Source of the DNA: a virus
IMG/VR virus record: IMGVR_UViG_3300045988_149609
Strand: one strand, 5' to 3'
DNA: 64,000 nucleotides
Every line of letters begins with the position of its first letter. Position 1 is the first letter of the stretch. Positions 45,789 through 56,679 of the stretch are shown here, in pieces. The notes below the pieces were generated by a model. The model did not search any database, had not been told where the DNA came from, and was given only the letters and a program-made list of their open reading frames with translations. The translations under genes and the position numbers were made by a program.

Positions 45789-48048
45789 TTTAAATAAACT
45801 TACAGAAGATACTATTATTCCTACAAATAAATATCAAACACCAATTACTAAACAATTATTAGAAAAATATCCACAAGAAGTACAAGAACAATTTTTAAAT
45901 TTTGTAAGAAATGTACCATATATTAAAAATTTAATATCTCCTACAAGACCTCATGCAAAAGATTGTAAAAGAGATAAAAATGGAAGAATTATTATTGATT
46001 TAACTAATCCAATATTACATGATAATATGGATTATTTTAGACCTACTGCTATTAATTATCAAAAATATGGTAAAATAAATAATCTTAGACCAAATCCTAA
46101 TCCCAATAGTGAATATGGAAAATGGATTAGAGAAGAAATAAGAAGATGTTATTATGGGTATACAAGAGAATCAGATGGTGATTTTGTTACAGGAGATATG
46201 TATTTCTTTTTAAATTATTGTCCAATTCTTTTATCTAAAATTGTAGATCAAAAGAAAGCTTTACGTGTTTGGGATTTTCCTGAATATTGGGAGGGACATA
46301 ATTTAAAATTTAATTATATAGAACAAGCTAGAAATCATGGACATCATGGTGCAGAATTAGCTTCAAGAGCAAAAGGTAAGTCATTTTCATTAGCTGCAAT
46401 GACAGCAAAAAGATTTATTTTAGGGGAATCTCCTAAAGTAAATAGAGAAGTTAAATGTTTAATTACTGCCTATCAAAAAGAATATTTAACAAAAGATGGA
46501 ATATTAAATAAGTTTCAATCATATATTGATTTTTGTGCGCAAAATACTGAATTTCCATCAAGAAGAATTAAATCTTCTTTAAATGAAATGGCATGGAAAA
46601 TGGGCTATGTTGACCTTGATACTAATACTCAAAAAGGAACTTTAAATGAAGTATTGGGTGTATCTTCAAAAGATGATGAATCAAAATTAAGAGGTAAACG
46701 TGGTGTCTTAATAGGAATTGAAGAATTTGGTTCATTTCCTAACTTATTAGGTTTATATGGTACGTTAAGACCCTCAGTAGAAGAAGGTGATCTTACTTAT
46801 GGATTAATATGGGCACAAGGTACAGCTGGTGATGATACTTCAGATTTTGCTGCAGCTCAAGAAATTATGTATAATCCTATTGGTTATAATATGGAACCTA
46901 TACCTAATGTTTATGATATTGAAGGACAAGGTAGAAAGTTTTTTACTTATTTTTTTCCTGGATATATAAACAGAAAAGGTTGTTATGATAAAGATGGAAA
47001 TAGTGATGTAGTAAAAGCACTTTTAGAAATACTTATGAATAGATATATGGTTAAGTATAATTCTACAGACATTAACGCTATTACTAAAACTATTTCTGAA
47101 ACACCTATAACTCCACAAGAAGCAATTATTAGAACAAAAGGTAATATATTTCCTGTTACTGAATTAAATAATAGATTGAATGAAATTGATAATAATCCTT
47201 CATTTTATGATCAAACTTATGTAGGAGATTTAGAATTAAATAATAAAGGAGAAGTAGAATTTGTAGCTACTAATGATAAACCTATTAGAGAATTTCCATT
47301 AAAAGATAATAATGCAAAAGGTGCTATTGAAATATTTGAAATGCCTGTTAAGATTAAAGATAAAGTACCAAATGAAAGATATATTTTATCTTTAGATAAC
47401 GTAGAAAATGATGTTGCTCAATCTATGTCATTAGGTAGTATATTAGTATTAGATCTGTGGACTGATAGAATAGTTGCTGAATATACAGGTAGACCTATGT
47501 TTGCTGATGATTTAAATGAAATAGCAAGAAAAATGTGTCTTTTTTATAATGGACGTATTATGGTAGAAAACAATAAGAAAAATACTTTTTCTTATTTCAG
47601 TAGAATGAATAGTTTACATTTAATGGCAGATTGTCCTGAATATCTTAAACAAAAGCAAATTATTAAATATAGCACATTCGGTAATAGTAGTAAAGGTATT
47701 ACAGGTACTCCAGCTATATTTAACTTTGCTTATACTTTAATTAGAGATTGGTTGCTAAAACCTATTACTATTACTAAAGAAGAAGGAGGAGAAACTATAG
47801 AATATACTGTACCAAATCTTCATTTTATTAATAATAGGGCATTACTTAAAGAGCTTGTTCTTTTTAATCCAGATATAAATGTAGATAGATTAAAATCATT
47901 GTGTCAATTAATGTTATACAGAGAAGAAAAGATGATTCTTTATCAAAACAATATAAGTAATGCTCAAAATAGAGATGATGATAAGGATTTAAGTAATGAT
48001 CCATTTTTTAAAGACAATTATGATAATAAAGAATCAATATGGGTATAA
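45772..48048 (+). CDS. terL: terminase large subunit
   Basis: Walker A-like ELASRAKGKSFSLAAM, Walker B-like VLIGIEEFG, large C-terminal nuclease-size domain; 758 aa immediately upstream of portal-size gene. Confidence 0.65.
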   Translation: MKEETNLNKLTEDTIIPTNKYQTPITKQLLEKYPQEVQEQFLNFVRNVPYIKNLISPTRPHAKDCKRDKNGRIIIDLTNPILHDNMDYFRPTAINYQKYGKINNLRPNPNPNSEYGKWIREEIRRCYYGYTRESDGDFVTGDMYFFLNYCPILLSKIVDQKKALRVWDFPEYWEGHNLKFNYIEQARNHGHHGAELASRAKGKSFSLAAMTAKRFILGESPKVNREVKCLITAYQKEYLTKDGILNKFQSYIDFCAQNTEFPSRRIKSSLNEMAWKMGYVDLDTNTQKGTLNEVLGVSSKDDESKLRGKRGVLIGIEEFGSFPNLLGLYGTLRPSVEEGDLTYGLIWAQGTAGDDTSDFAAAQEIMYNPIGYNMEPIPNVYDIEGQGRKFFTYFFPGYINRKGCYDKDGNSDVVKALLEILMNRYMVKYNSTDINAITKTISETPITPQEAIIRTKGNIFPVTELNNRLNEIDNNPSFYDQTYVGDLELNNKGEVEFVATNDKPIREFPLKDNNAKGAIEIFEMPVKIKDKVPNERYILSLDNVENDVAQSMSLGSILVLDLWTDRIVAEYTGRPMFADDLNEIARKMCLFYNGRIMVENNKKNTFSYFSRMNSLHLMADCPEYLKQKQIIKYSTFGNSSKGITGTPAIFNFAYTLIRDWLLKPITITKEEGGETIEYTVPNLHFINNRALLKELVLFNPDINVDRLKSLCQLMLYREEKMILYQNNISNAQNRDDDKDLSNDPFFKDNYDNKESIWV

Positions 48049-48068
48049 ATTAATAAAGTTATAATTTA

Positions 48069-48100
48069 TTTGTTTATATTGATAAAATGTTATAATTTTG
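48069..48100 (+). promoter_or_regulatory. Bacteroidota-type promoter (-33 TTTG at 48069-48072, -7 TAATTTTG at 48093-48100)
   Basis: TTTG, a 20-nt gap, then TAnnTTTG 21 nt upstream of the portal ATG. Confidence 0.5.
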
Positions 48101-48121
48101 CATCAAATAATTTAAAAAATT

Positions 48122-50536
48122 ATGAGTGAATTTGTACAATTTCCTCCACAGCAATTATCTTTTAATAAAAAGACTAAAGCTTGGAGAAAAACTGTATTAG
48201 ATTGGGCTGACACCAAATCATTTACTCATTATTCACCTGTAAGAAAAAGTGTATTGCATAAGAAAATCAATTATGATTTACTTAATGGTGTACTACATAT
48301 GAAAGATTTAGCTCAAATAATAAATCCTGAAGATTTAAAAGCTAAATATATTCCTGAAAAAATACAACATTTTCCTATTATAAATAGTAAATTAAATGTA
48401 TTAATAGGTGAAGAATTAGGAAGAGTTTTTGATTATAGAGTTGTAGTTACTAATCCAAATGCAGTATCAGAAATAGAGGAAAATAAGAAACAACAAGTTC
48501 TTCAACAAATACAACAAGAAATAGAAAATCAATCACAATCTCAAGAAGAATTTCAACAAAAGCTTGAGAAAATGAATGAATATTTTACATATGATTGGCA
48601 AGATATGAGAGAGCAAAGAGCTAATTATTTACTTAATCATTATGTAAAAGAATATAATATGCCACTTATATTTAATAAAGGCTTTATGGATGGTCTTGTT
48701 GTAGGTGAAGAAATTTATAGATGTGATATAAGAGGTGGAGAACCAATTATTGAAAGACTTAATCCAAACAAAGTATATGTATTTAAATCAGGTTATTCTA
48801 ATAAAATTGAAGATGCTGATGTAATAGTTATTGAAGATTATTTATCTCCTGGTCAAATTGTAGATAGATATTATGATTCTTTATCAGCAAAAGATAGAGA
48901 TTATATAGAAAAGTTACCTTATAATAATACTTCTACTCAAGGAGATGAGGAGGAACCAAGAAATGCTTGGATTTCTGCAGATTTAGTTGGAGATGATAGT
49001 AGAAATTTCTTTTCTAGTATGTTAGAATTTACTGATGGAAATACAACAGCCATTGATACTCCTTTTGATATGTATGGTAATATTAGAGTATTACAAGTAT
49101 ATTGGAAGTCAAGAAGAAAAATTAAAAAAGTAAAATCTTATAATCAAGAAACAGGTGCTGAAGAATTTAATTTTTATCCTGAAAATTATGTTTGTGATGA
49201 AGCTAAAGGTGAAGAAGAAACTACTTTTTGGATTAATGAAGCATGGGAAGGTACTAAAATAGGTAAAGATATTTATGTAAATATGAGACCTAGAGTTGTG
49301 CAATATAATAGATTGAGTAATCCTTCAAGATGTCATTTTGGTATTGTAGGTTCTATTTATAATCTTAATGAAGATAAGCCTTTCTCTTTAGTAGATGTGA
49401 TGAAACCTTTTAGTTATTTATATGATGCAATTCATGATAAACTAATAAGATTAATGTCAAGAGATTGGGGTATTCTTCTTCCTGTTGACTTAGCTAAAGT
49501 TCCTGAGCATTGGGATATAGATAAATGGCTTTATTTTGCTAAAGCAAATGGTATTTTTGTTACAGATAGTTTTAAAGAAGGTAATAAAGGTGCAGCTACA
49601 GGTAAACTTTCTGGAGCATTAAATAATGCATCAAGTGGTGCAATTAATGCAGAATTAGGTAATTCTATTCAAGCTTATATTAGTATGCTTGAATATATTA
49701 AAACTGAAATGTCTGATGTAGTTGGTATTAATAAACAACGTGAAGGACAAATTGCAAATAGAGAAACAGTAGGTGGTGTAGAAAGAGCTACTTTACAATC
49801 TTCTTATATTACTGAATATTTGTTTAATACACATGAAGATGTTAAAAGAAGAGCTATAGAATGTTTTTTAGAAACAACAAAAGCTGCTTTAAAAGGAACA
49901 AATAAAAAGTTTCAATATATATTACCTGATGGTGCTTCAAAGATATTAGATATAGATGGAGATGAATTTGCTGAAAATGATTATGGTTTAGTTGTAGATA
50001 ATAGTAAAGGTACACAAGAACTTAATCAGAAACTTGATACTCTTGCACAAGCTGCTTTACAAAATCAGTCATTAAATTTCTCTACTATTATGAAATTATA
50101 TAGTAGCGCTTCTATGGCTGAAAAAGAAAGAATGATTGCATTTAATGAACAACAATTACAACAAAGACAACAAGAGCAAATGCAACAACAGCAACAGATT
50201 CAACAACAACAGATTCAACAACAAGCTGAAACAGCTCAAGCTAAAATGGAACAAGATTATAAAATTGCACAAGAACGTAATGAAACTTCAATTGTTGTTG
50301 CTCAAATTAATGCTCAAGCTGAAGCACAACGTTATGCTTTATTAGATAATCAAAATGATGGTGTACAAGAACCTATTTTTAGTGAAGAAGCAAGAGCTAA
50401 ATTAAATGAATCTATTAGACAATTTGATGCTAAATTGAAATTAGATAAAGAGAAATTAGCATTAGATAAAACAAAAGCTAGTAGAGATTATGATATAAAA
50501 AAGAAACAATTAAAAAATAAAAATAGCAATTCATGA
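48122..50536 (+). CDS. portal protein (by size/position) with Gln-rich C-terminus
   Basis: 804-aa ORF directly after TerL; C-terminal QQQLQQRQQEQMQQQQQIQQQQIQQQ low-complexity coiled-coil. Confidence 0.55.
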   Translation: MSEFVQFPPQQLSFNKKTKAWRKTVLDWADTKSFTHYSPVRKSVLHKKINYDLLNGVLHMKDLAQIINPEDLKAKYIPEKIQHFPIINSKLNVLIGEELGRVFDYRVVVTNPNAVSEIEENKKQQVLQQIQQEIENQSQSQEEFQQKLEKMNEYFTYDWQDMREQRANYLLNHYVKEYNMPLIFNKGFMDGLVVGEEIYRCDIRGGEPIIERLNPNKVYVFKSGYSNKIEDADVIVIEDYLSPGQIVDRYYDSLSAKDRDYIEKLPYNNTSTQGDEEEPRNAWISADLVGDDSRNFFSSMLEFTDGNTTAIDTPFDMYGNIRVLQVYWKSRRKIKKVKSYNQETGAEEFNFYPENYVCDEAKGEEETTFWINEAWEGTKIGKDIYVNMRPRVVQYNRLSNPSRCHFGIVGSIYNLNEDKPFSLVDVMKPFSYLYDAIHDKLIRLMSRDWGILLPVDLAKVPEHWDIDKWLYFAKANGIFVTDSFKEGNKGAATGKLSGALNNASSGAINAELGNSIQAYISMLEYIKTEMSDVVGINKQREGQIANRETVGGVERATLQSSYITEYLFNTHEDVKRRAIECFLETTKAALKGTNKKFQYILPDGASKILDIDGDEFAENDYGLVVDNSKGTQELNQKLDTLAQAALQNQSLNFSTIMKLYSSASMAEKERMIAFNEQQLQQRQQEQMQQQQQIQQQQIQQQAETAQAKMEQDYKIAQERNETSIVVAQINAQAEAQRYALLDNQNDGVQEPIFSEEARAKLNESIRQFDAKLKLDKEKLALDKTKASRDYDIKKKQLKNKNSNS

Positions 50537-51543
50537 AAAAAATAAAAGATATAATATTATCTGATAAAACACCAATGGATAAAAACTCATTGTGGCTGAA
50601 AGATGGTAATTTGAAATATTTTGAAGGTGTATGGAAAAATATTGATACTTCAAAAATGTTAACTAATACTTCTGATATTATTTTAGATTTTGAAAAATGT
50701 TCAACGGAAAATAAAAATGATGATATCAAATATTTAAAAAATTTTATAGAACAAGGAGAAACTTGGGCTAAAAATAATGGTACATATGAATCAAATGCAA
50801 GTGAAGCTGTATTTAGTTTTCCTGTTTTAATGAAAGATCATTATATGTTGATACCAAGTGTTGCTTATTCATTAAATAATGAAACGGTAGTATTTACAAA
50901 ATCACAATATATATATTATCCTTATATCGATTCTATAGGAGAAAATGACATTTTTGTAAATCAAAGTTGTATTATTACAGGTAAGATTACGATTGATTTA
51001 AATAAATCTAATTATTTTGAAAATACACTTGATATGGATTCTGAAGACCTAACAGCCAGGTTATTAAAAATTTCATTTACTGATAATAATCAAACACAAC
51101 TTTCACGAGAAAGTTTATTAGCAATCCGAAAGGAACTTGACAATGGCCCATGTTCTTGTATTTTAAATGGAGTTGTTGTTTCTTGTAGACTGAGTGATGG
51201 TTTTAATGATGGTTTTAAGGATAATATTATTATTACATCATCTATAAAATATGGCAATCCTAAGGTTGATACTTCAGGTGGTAAGGCAGAAGAAAATATA
51301 TACAAAAATTATGATAGTATATTTAATCTTCTTATTGATTCTGAATCAGGGAGAGTATTAAGAAAGAATCAACAAGTAAATGGGCCTATTGCAGGTATGT
51401 CTGCAAGTCCAGGTATGGTTAAGCAAATGCCTAAGATTCCAGCTTTACCTCCATATGCAACATTAGCTACCGTAATTGATTCTTATAATACACTTTTAAC
51501 TAAATTACAAGATGCATATATGATGGCAAAAAAAGAAAATTAA
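50533..51543 (+). CDS. virion structural protein (hypothetical)
   Basis: 336 aa, ATGA overlap with portal stop. Confidence 0.45.
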   Translation: MKKIKDIILSDKTPMDKNSLWLKDGNLKYFEGVWKNIDTSKMLTNTSDIILDFEKCSTENKNDDIKYLKNFIEQGETWAKNNGTYESNASEAVFSFPVLMKDHYMLIPSVAYSLNNETVVFTKSQYIYYPYIDSIGENDIFVNQSCIITGKITIDLNKSNYFENTLDMDSEDLTARLLKISFTDNNQTQLSRESLLAIRKELDNGPCSCILNGVVVSCRLSDGFNDGFKDNIIITSSIKYGNPKVDTSGGKAEENIYKNYDSIFNLLIDSESGRVLRKNQQVNGPIAGMSASPGMVKQMPKIPALPPYATLATVIDSYNTLLTKLQDAYMMAKKEN

Positions 51544-51554
51544 AATGTTGAATT

Positions 51555-52685
51555 ATGATATTTACAAGAAGTGATTATGAAAAAATACAGCAATGGTTAC
51601 TATTAAATTCAAAGAAAGATAGCGAGTTTCAATATTTTAATTTTAATAATTTAAATAATAATTATAATTTAGAGTTTTCTGGAATTAGTCAAAACTTAGA
51701 AACTACAAATTATGATAATTATAGAATTAAATTTGAAGATCTTAGGTCTTATTTAAAGCAGTCTTATTCAAATGAATTTCTTACTAGAGATTATACATAT
51801 GCTTCATATGTAAAACCTTTTGATGTTTATTTTGATAAAAGTCAAAATAGTTTCTTTAAAAATTGGTTTAAACTAACATTAGGTAAAGAACCAGTTTTAG
51901 GAATAGAAAGAAAGAGAGATACTGAAGATTATGTTTCATTAGTTAGAATTTCAGAACACCCTACTACAGAACTTAATCCTAATGAAGATCATTGTTCTTA
52001 TGGAGGTGAAATTAAGATTTTAGGTTATGATGATTATACAAAATCATTTGAAGAAGATCCTAAATATGTTAATTTAAATAGACATAATTCTTTTGAAATA
52101 AGAATAGGAACAAGAGCAGAACTTGGTGTAGGTGTTTATCCTTCAAATTATATTGAAGAAGATAGAGGTGAAATACCTAAAGATTTCAAAGGACTTTATA
52201 TAAACAATGAAGATAATTATACACCACATAAAACTACAAATGCAGGTGTTTATATTAGAGGAGCTAAAGAAAATGAAATTCTTACAGCACAAGGTTCTAA
52301 AACTATAAATCCTGTACTATATTTAGGTGATTTAAATTTATCATTGGAGGAAATTGATGAAAAATATCTGATTAATCCTAAAATATGTTTTAATAAAGAG
52401 ATATCTACTATTACTTTTATAAATACTATAAAAAATAATAAAACTAAAGCATTAAGTACGGTATTTCAAGTTAATAGTGAATTAAATGCTGATGGGCATA
52501 ATATAAAAGGGGTTACTCAATATTTATTTATAAATAGTCAAATAATAAAATGTAGAACTTTTTCAATGATAGACAATATATTATATAAAAGTAACTGGAA
52601 AATTTTAAGTAATATAATAACAAGAAATGGTACTTATTCTTTATTTAATAATACAGATATTGATACAAGAATAATTGCTGAATAA
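51555..52685 (+). CDS. virion structural protein (hypothetical)
   Basis: ORF track, 376 aa. Confidence 0.45.
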   Translation: MIFTRSDYEKIQQWLLLNSKKDSEFQYFNFNNLNNNYNLEFSGISQNLETTNYDNYRIKFEDLRSYLKQSYSNEFLTRDYTYASYVKPFDVYFDKSQNSFFKNWFKLTLGKEPVLGIERKRDTEDYVSLVRISEHPTTELNPNEDHCSYGGEIKILGYDDYTKSFEEDPKYVNLNRHNSFEIRIGTRAELGVGVYPSNYIEEDRGEIPKDFKGLYINNEDNYTPHKTTNAGVYIRGAKENEILTAQGSKTINPVLYLGDLNLSLEEIDEKYLINPKICFNKEISTITFINTIKNNKTKALSTVFQVNSELNADGHNIKGVTQYLFINSQIIKCRTFSMIDNILYKSNWKILSNIITRNGTYSLFNNTDIDTRIIAE

Positions 52686-52703
52686 TATATAAAATAAATA
52701 AAA

Positions 52704-53828
52704 ATGGGAAAAATAAAAAATAAAGTTTTTGGTTTAGTTGTAAGTAAAAATGTAACTGATTCTTTAGCTGATAGTATAAAAGATAACAATCAAGCTAATT
52801 TTTATTTAGCTCAAGATAAGCTTCCTAATGGACAAGCTCTTGATGATGTTACAAGTCCAAATGAATTAACAGATAGAAATGTACTTATTATAAACGGTAA
52901 TAAAATTCAAGGTGTTAATCAAAAGGATCTTTCTAAATTAGATGCTATTACTGATGTAAGTAAGCTCTTTAAATATAAAGGTTCTGTTGCAACAGGAGAT
53001 GAACTTTTGAAAAAAGTTCCACCTGAAGCAGAAGTTGGAGATGTATGGAATGTGGAGCAAGAATGTGAAATTGATGAAGTTAAATATCCAGCTCATACTA
53101 ATTTTGTTTGTTCTTCTGCTAAAGCATCTATTGCTGGGAAACCTGCTTCTTCTACTTGGGACTCATTAGGCGGTACTATGCAAATGGGTACAGGAGCGGA
53201 GGCTCACAAAAATGATGAACATATACTTACATATTATACTTATGATCCGACAATACCAATAACTCAATTTTCTTTAATGTTGTCTGACAATGGAGGTTTA
53301 TATGTAAATTCACAGAATCGGTTAGACCTTAATCATAATAATGCAGATGAACAACGTATTATTGCTGTAAACAATCGTTCACAGCAATTGATTTATAAGA
53401 GAAAGCCAAATTCCATCATAGACAATATTTCAATTCGAGTAGGTACACCTTTATGCATAAGTACAAATAATGAAATAGAATTAAAAGTTGGTACTGGCTT
53501 AGCTGTTGACGATAGTTATACTGGTTCTGTTTATTTGAATTTAAAGTCAGATCCTAAAGTCACAGCCCTAGATCATAAATACGAAGGTAGTGGTCTTTCG
53601 TATGATTCTAATCAGGCATTATCTATTTCATTAGCTACTTCAGCAGTTTATTACAATGATATAATTCCTAACGGTTTAGGACTAGCAACTTATGCTGGTA
53701 CAGCAGCAGGTCACGCAACTGGAGGTCTTTACATATCTGAATCAGCAATTGTTGACTTTATTAAAAACGATATATCAATAAAAACATATATTAACTCCCT
53801 AATTAACGAAAAACTTAAAGCAAAATAA
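52704..53828 (+). CDS. virion structural protein (hypothetical)
   Basis: ORF track, 374 aa. Confidence 0.45.
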   Translation: MGKIKNKVFGLVVSKNVTDSLADSIKDNNQANFYLAQDKLPNGQALDDVTSPNELTDRNVLIINGNKIQGVNQKDLSKLDAITDVSKLFKYKGSVATGDELLKKVPPEAEVGDVWNVEQECEIDEVKYPAHTNFVCSSAKASIAGKPASSTWDSLGGTMQMGTGAEAHKNDEHILTYYTYDPTIPITQFSLMLSDNGGLYVNSQNRLDLNHNNADEQRIIAVNNRSQQLIYKRKPNSIIDNISIRVGTPLCISTNNEIELKVGTGLAVDDSYTGSVYLNLKSDPKVTALDHKYEGSGLSYDSNQALSISLATSAVYYNDIIPNGLGLATYAGTAAGHATGGLYISESAIVDFIKNDISIKTYINSLINEKLKAK

Positions 53829-53847
53829 TAAGTAAATTAAATATATA

Positions 53848-54726
53848 ATGGAAGAGAAGAATATTAAAGTAAGTGTTGTAATTACAGCATATAATGTAGA
53901 GAAGTATATTAAAAAAGCAATTAATTCAGTATTAAATCAAACATATAAGAACATAGAATTGATTATAGTAGAAGATTGTTCAACAGATAATACACTTAAA
54001 ATCATTAAAGATTTACAAAAATCTGATACAATATTCCCTATTAATCTTGTACAACATAAAGAAAATGTTGGTGCAGGATTGTCAAGGAGAGATGGCATTA
54101 AAGCTTCTACAGGTGATTTTATAATGTTACTTGATGCTGATGATTGGCTTAATAAAGATTATATTGAACATCTTGTTGATAAACAAAAAGAAACTGATGC
54201 AGATATAGTAGGAGGAGGAATGACTTATTGTTATGAAGATACTGACAAGTTTGAGACTAAAACTTTTGGTACAACTGTAAGTGAAGGATTTCAAAAGTTT
54301 ATGGATTATAATGATGGTAAGATTGTTTTCTTAAATAATAAGATTGTAAGAAGTACTATGTATGATACAGTTGAATATTGTGATAGAAGATATGTTGAAG
54401 ATACTCCTGTTATAATGAAACTTCTTTACAATGCAAATAAAGTAGCTTATGTAAATGAAGCTGGTTATAATTATTTACAAAGAAATGGTTCTCTTTGTCA
54501 TGATTCTTCTAGATGGAAACATAATTTATTCTGTGCTTTATGCTGTGCTGAATTAATTGAATGGTTTAAGGATAAGCCAGAACCTTACAAAACAATATTT
54601 GATTTAAGTCAATTTGTTGAGTATCTTAAAGCTATGAATGAAATACAAGTAACTAAAGAAGAAAAACAAACATATATTGAAGAATATGATCAATGTATGA
54701 AATATTTAATTAGTCATATTTCATAA
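53848..54726 (+). CDS. family 2 glycosyltransferase (GT-A fold)
   Basis: VSVVITAYNVEKYIKKAINSVLNQTYKNIELIIVEDCSTDNT plus DxD motif LLDADD. Confidence 0.8.
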   Translation: MEEKNIKVSVVITAYNVEKYIKKAINSVLNQTYKNIELIIVEDCSTDNTLKIIKDLQKSDTIFPINLVQHKENVGAGLSRRDGIKASTGDFIMLLDADDWLNKDYIEHLVDKQKETDADIVGGGMTYCYEDTDKFETKTFGTTVSEGFQKFMDYNDGKIVFLNNKIVRSTMYDTVEYCDRRYVEDTPVIMKLLYNANKVAYVNEAGYNYLQRNGSLCHDSSRWKHNLFCALCCAELIEWFKDKPEPYKTIFDLSQFVEYLKAMNEIQVTKEEKQTYIEEYDQCMKYLISHIS

Positions 54727-54735
54727 GTTAAAATA

Positions 54736-54778
54736 AAAAAACTCAATTATACTATTGTATAGTTGAGTTTTTTATTAT
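54736..54778 (+). terminator. intrinsic terminator
   Basis: CTCAATTATAC-tatt-GTATAGTTGAG (one GU) flanked by an A-run and TTTTTT. Confidence 0.6.
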
Positions 54779-54807
54779 ATTTTTGCAAAGAATTTAATGT
54801 AAATGAA

Positions 54808-55071
54808 ATGGATAATTACAATAAAATTATAAATAAAAATCATGCGCCTAATTCTTTACAAATTAGTTGTTTAAAAGATATAGTTGCAGGAAAAGATTTT
54901 GAATTACAAAGTGGATTCTTAATTAAGAATAATACAGATGAAGATTTACAAGTAACTATTATTCCTTTAGATGGTGAGGAAGAGATTACTACAACTATGT
55001 ATATAGGATGGAATCCTGAATTAGTAAAGAAAGTTATTAACGCTCCTTCGGGACTTCAATACGGATATTAA
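54808..55071 (+). CDS. hypothetical protein
   Basis: Track ORF starts at 54763 inside the terminator hairpin; the internal Met at 54808 is more plausible. Confidence 0.4.
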   Translation: MDNYNKIINKNHAPNSLQISCLKDIVAGKDFELQSGFLIKNNTDEDLQVTIIPLDGEEEITTTMYIGWNPELVKKVINAPSGLQYGY

Positions 55072-55072
55072 T

Positions 55073-55861
55073 ATGGGAACAGCTATTACGGGAACACAAA
55101 TGCGTACACCTAAAGCTTCTGTTGTAACAGAATTACCAGATAAAGGTGTAAGTAATAAAATATATTATGTACCTAATGGTACTACAGGTGATAATAAATA
55201 TGATGAATATATTTGGATAAAAGATGCTGAACATCCTAATGGATACTTTGAAAAAGTAGGTCAGAAAGATATTGATTTAGAACCTTATGCTTTAACAGAA
55301 GAAGTTGATAAAAAACTAAAAACTAAAGTTGATAAAGTTATAGGGAAAGAGCTTTCAACTAATGATTTTACTAATGAATTAAAGCAAACACTTGAAGATC
55401 TTAATTCATGGAATTATATAGGTATTTTATCTAGTTGGAATGGTATTGCTAAATTAACTACAGAATCTACTGAAGCTGATATATTAAATGCATTAACCAT
55501 AACTCCTTTAAGAGGAAATAAAATTAATACTAAAACTGAATTATTTAAAGTTTTAGATCAATGTGCTATTAATAAGAAATTCTTAAAAGAATCCAGTACT
55601 AATGCTCATGTATTTGTAGAACATATTGGTTCTTGCTATGTAATTCAAATATTAGGTAATAAGGCAGCTGTATTAAATGGCAATTTAGTAGGAACACCTG
55701 TTCTTAGACATATTACTATTTCTGCTAATTCAAATGAAACACTTACTGTACGTAAAAATCCATTTGAAATTAAATTAGAAGATATTAATAAAAAAGTAGC
55801 TAATTTAGAAACACAAGTAAAAGATTTAACTGATAGAATCACAGCACTTGAAACTAAATAA
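55073..55861 (+). CDS. structural protein with C-terminal coiled coil (fibre-like)
   Basis: 262 aa, ends KKVANLETQVKDLTDRITALETK. Confidence 0.45.
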   Translation: MGTAITGTQMRTPKASVVTELPDKGVSNKIYYVPNGTTGDNKYDEYIWIKDAEHPNGYFEKVGQKDIDLEPYALTEEVDKKLKTKVDKVIGKELSTNDFTNELKQTLEDLNSWNYIGILSSWNGIAKLTTESTEADILNALTITPLRGNKINTKTELFKVLDQCAINKKFLKESSTNAHVFVEHIGSCYVIQILGNKAAVLNGNLVGTPVLRHITISANSNETLTVRKNPFEIKLEDINKKVANLETQVKDLTDRITALETK

Positions 55862-56006
55862 TATTTAATTAAAAACTATAATAATATGGGAATTAAAATT
55901 AAAGGTAGACCAAAACCTATTACTCCAAAAGCAGGTATAACTCATGGTAAGTATGCAATGGGTGGTAAATTAAAGAAAGGTGGTAAGAAATCTAAAAAGT
56001 GTTAGT

Positions 56007-56411
56007 ATGTATAATAAAGTATGGTATAAAATATTTTTAATAATCTTGAAATATATTCCTGCTATTATTACAATATTTTATGTATTAAATACTTTTCTGT
56101 CTTTTGTAGGTATAGATACTTTCTGGATGAGTTATGTTTCAGGAATATCTATACTTACTTGGATATTTTTATATGTATCTAGTTTTGTTTTTAATTATTG
56201 TATTTATCATAGATTATTCTTATATTATATAGCTTTAAATGATATAATAACAATAATAGATTATCATTACAAAATACCTATTAAAAATGAAACTTTATTT
56301 ATGTTACATAGTATTTTATTAGGTATTTTTATTATATTAATTGTAATTAAATATGTTACAAATCATAAAAAGAATACTACTAAAAATAGTAGACAATATA
56401 GATTCAGGTAA
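56007..56411 (+). CDS. multi-pass membrane protein (holin candidate)
   Basis: About 4 hydrophobic helices; start taken as the Met after the small ORF ending at 56005 (track ORF begins 55980). Confidence 0.4.
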   Translation: MYNKVWYKIFLIILKYIPAIITIFYVLNTFLSFVGIDTFWMSYVSGISILTWIFLYVSSFVFNYCIYHRLFLYYIALNDIITIIDYHYKIPIKNETLFMLHSILLGIFIILIVIKYVTNHKKNTTKNSRQYRFR

Positions 56412-56679
56412 TTCTAATATGACTTCTTCAGATCAGTTGAAAATATTAGAAGTGCTAAAAGAATATACAGATAAAGAAGTAAGACTTAGTAAATATCAAG
56501 CTTGTAAATATATAGGATTAAGTAGAGCTTTTTTTGATAATTATGCTAGATTTGGTTCTTTACCTAAAGGTATAAAACAACAAGGATTTAAAGAATTATT
56601 TTGGACAAAGAAATCTTTAGATAAATTTCTAAAGGAAAGAGAAAAGAAAGAGAAGAAAAAAGAAAAGAATAACGTATGA
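56353..56679 (+). CDS. HTH DNA-binding protein with Lys/Glu-rich tail
   Basis: LSKYQACKYIGLSRAFFDNYARFG helix-turn-helix-like segment, C-terminal KEREKKEKKKEK. Confidence 0.4.
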   Translation: MLQIIKRILLKIVDNIDSGNSNMTSSDQLKILEVLKEYTDKEVRLSKYQACKYIGLSRAFFDNYARFGSLPKGIKQQGFKELFWTKKSLDKFLKEREKKEKKKEKNNV

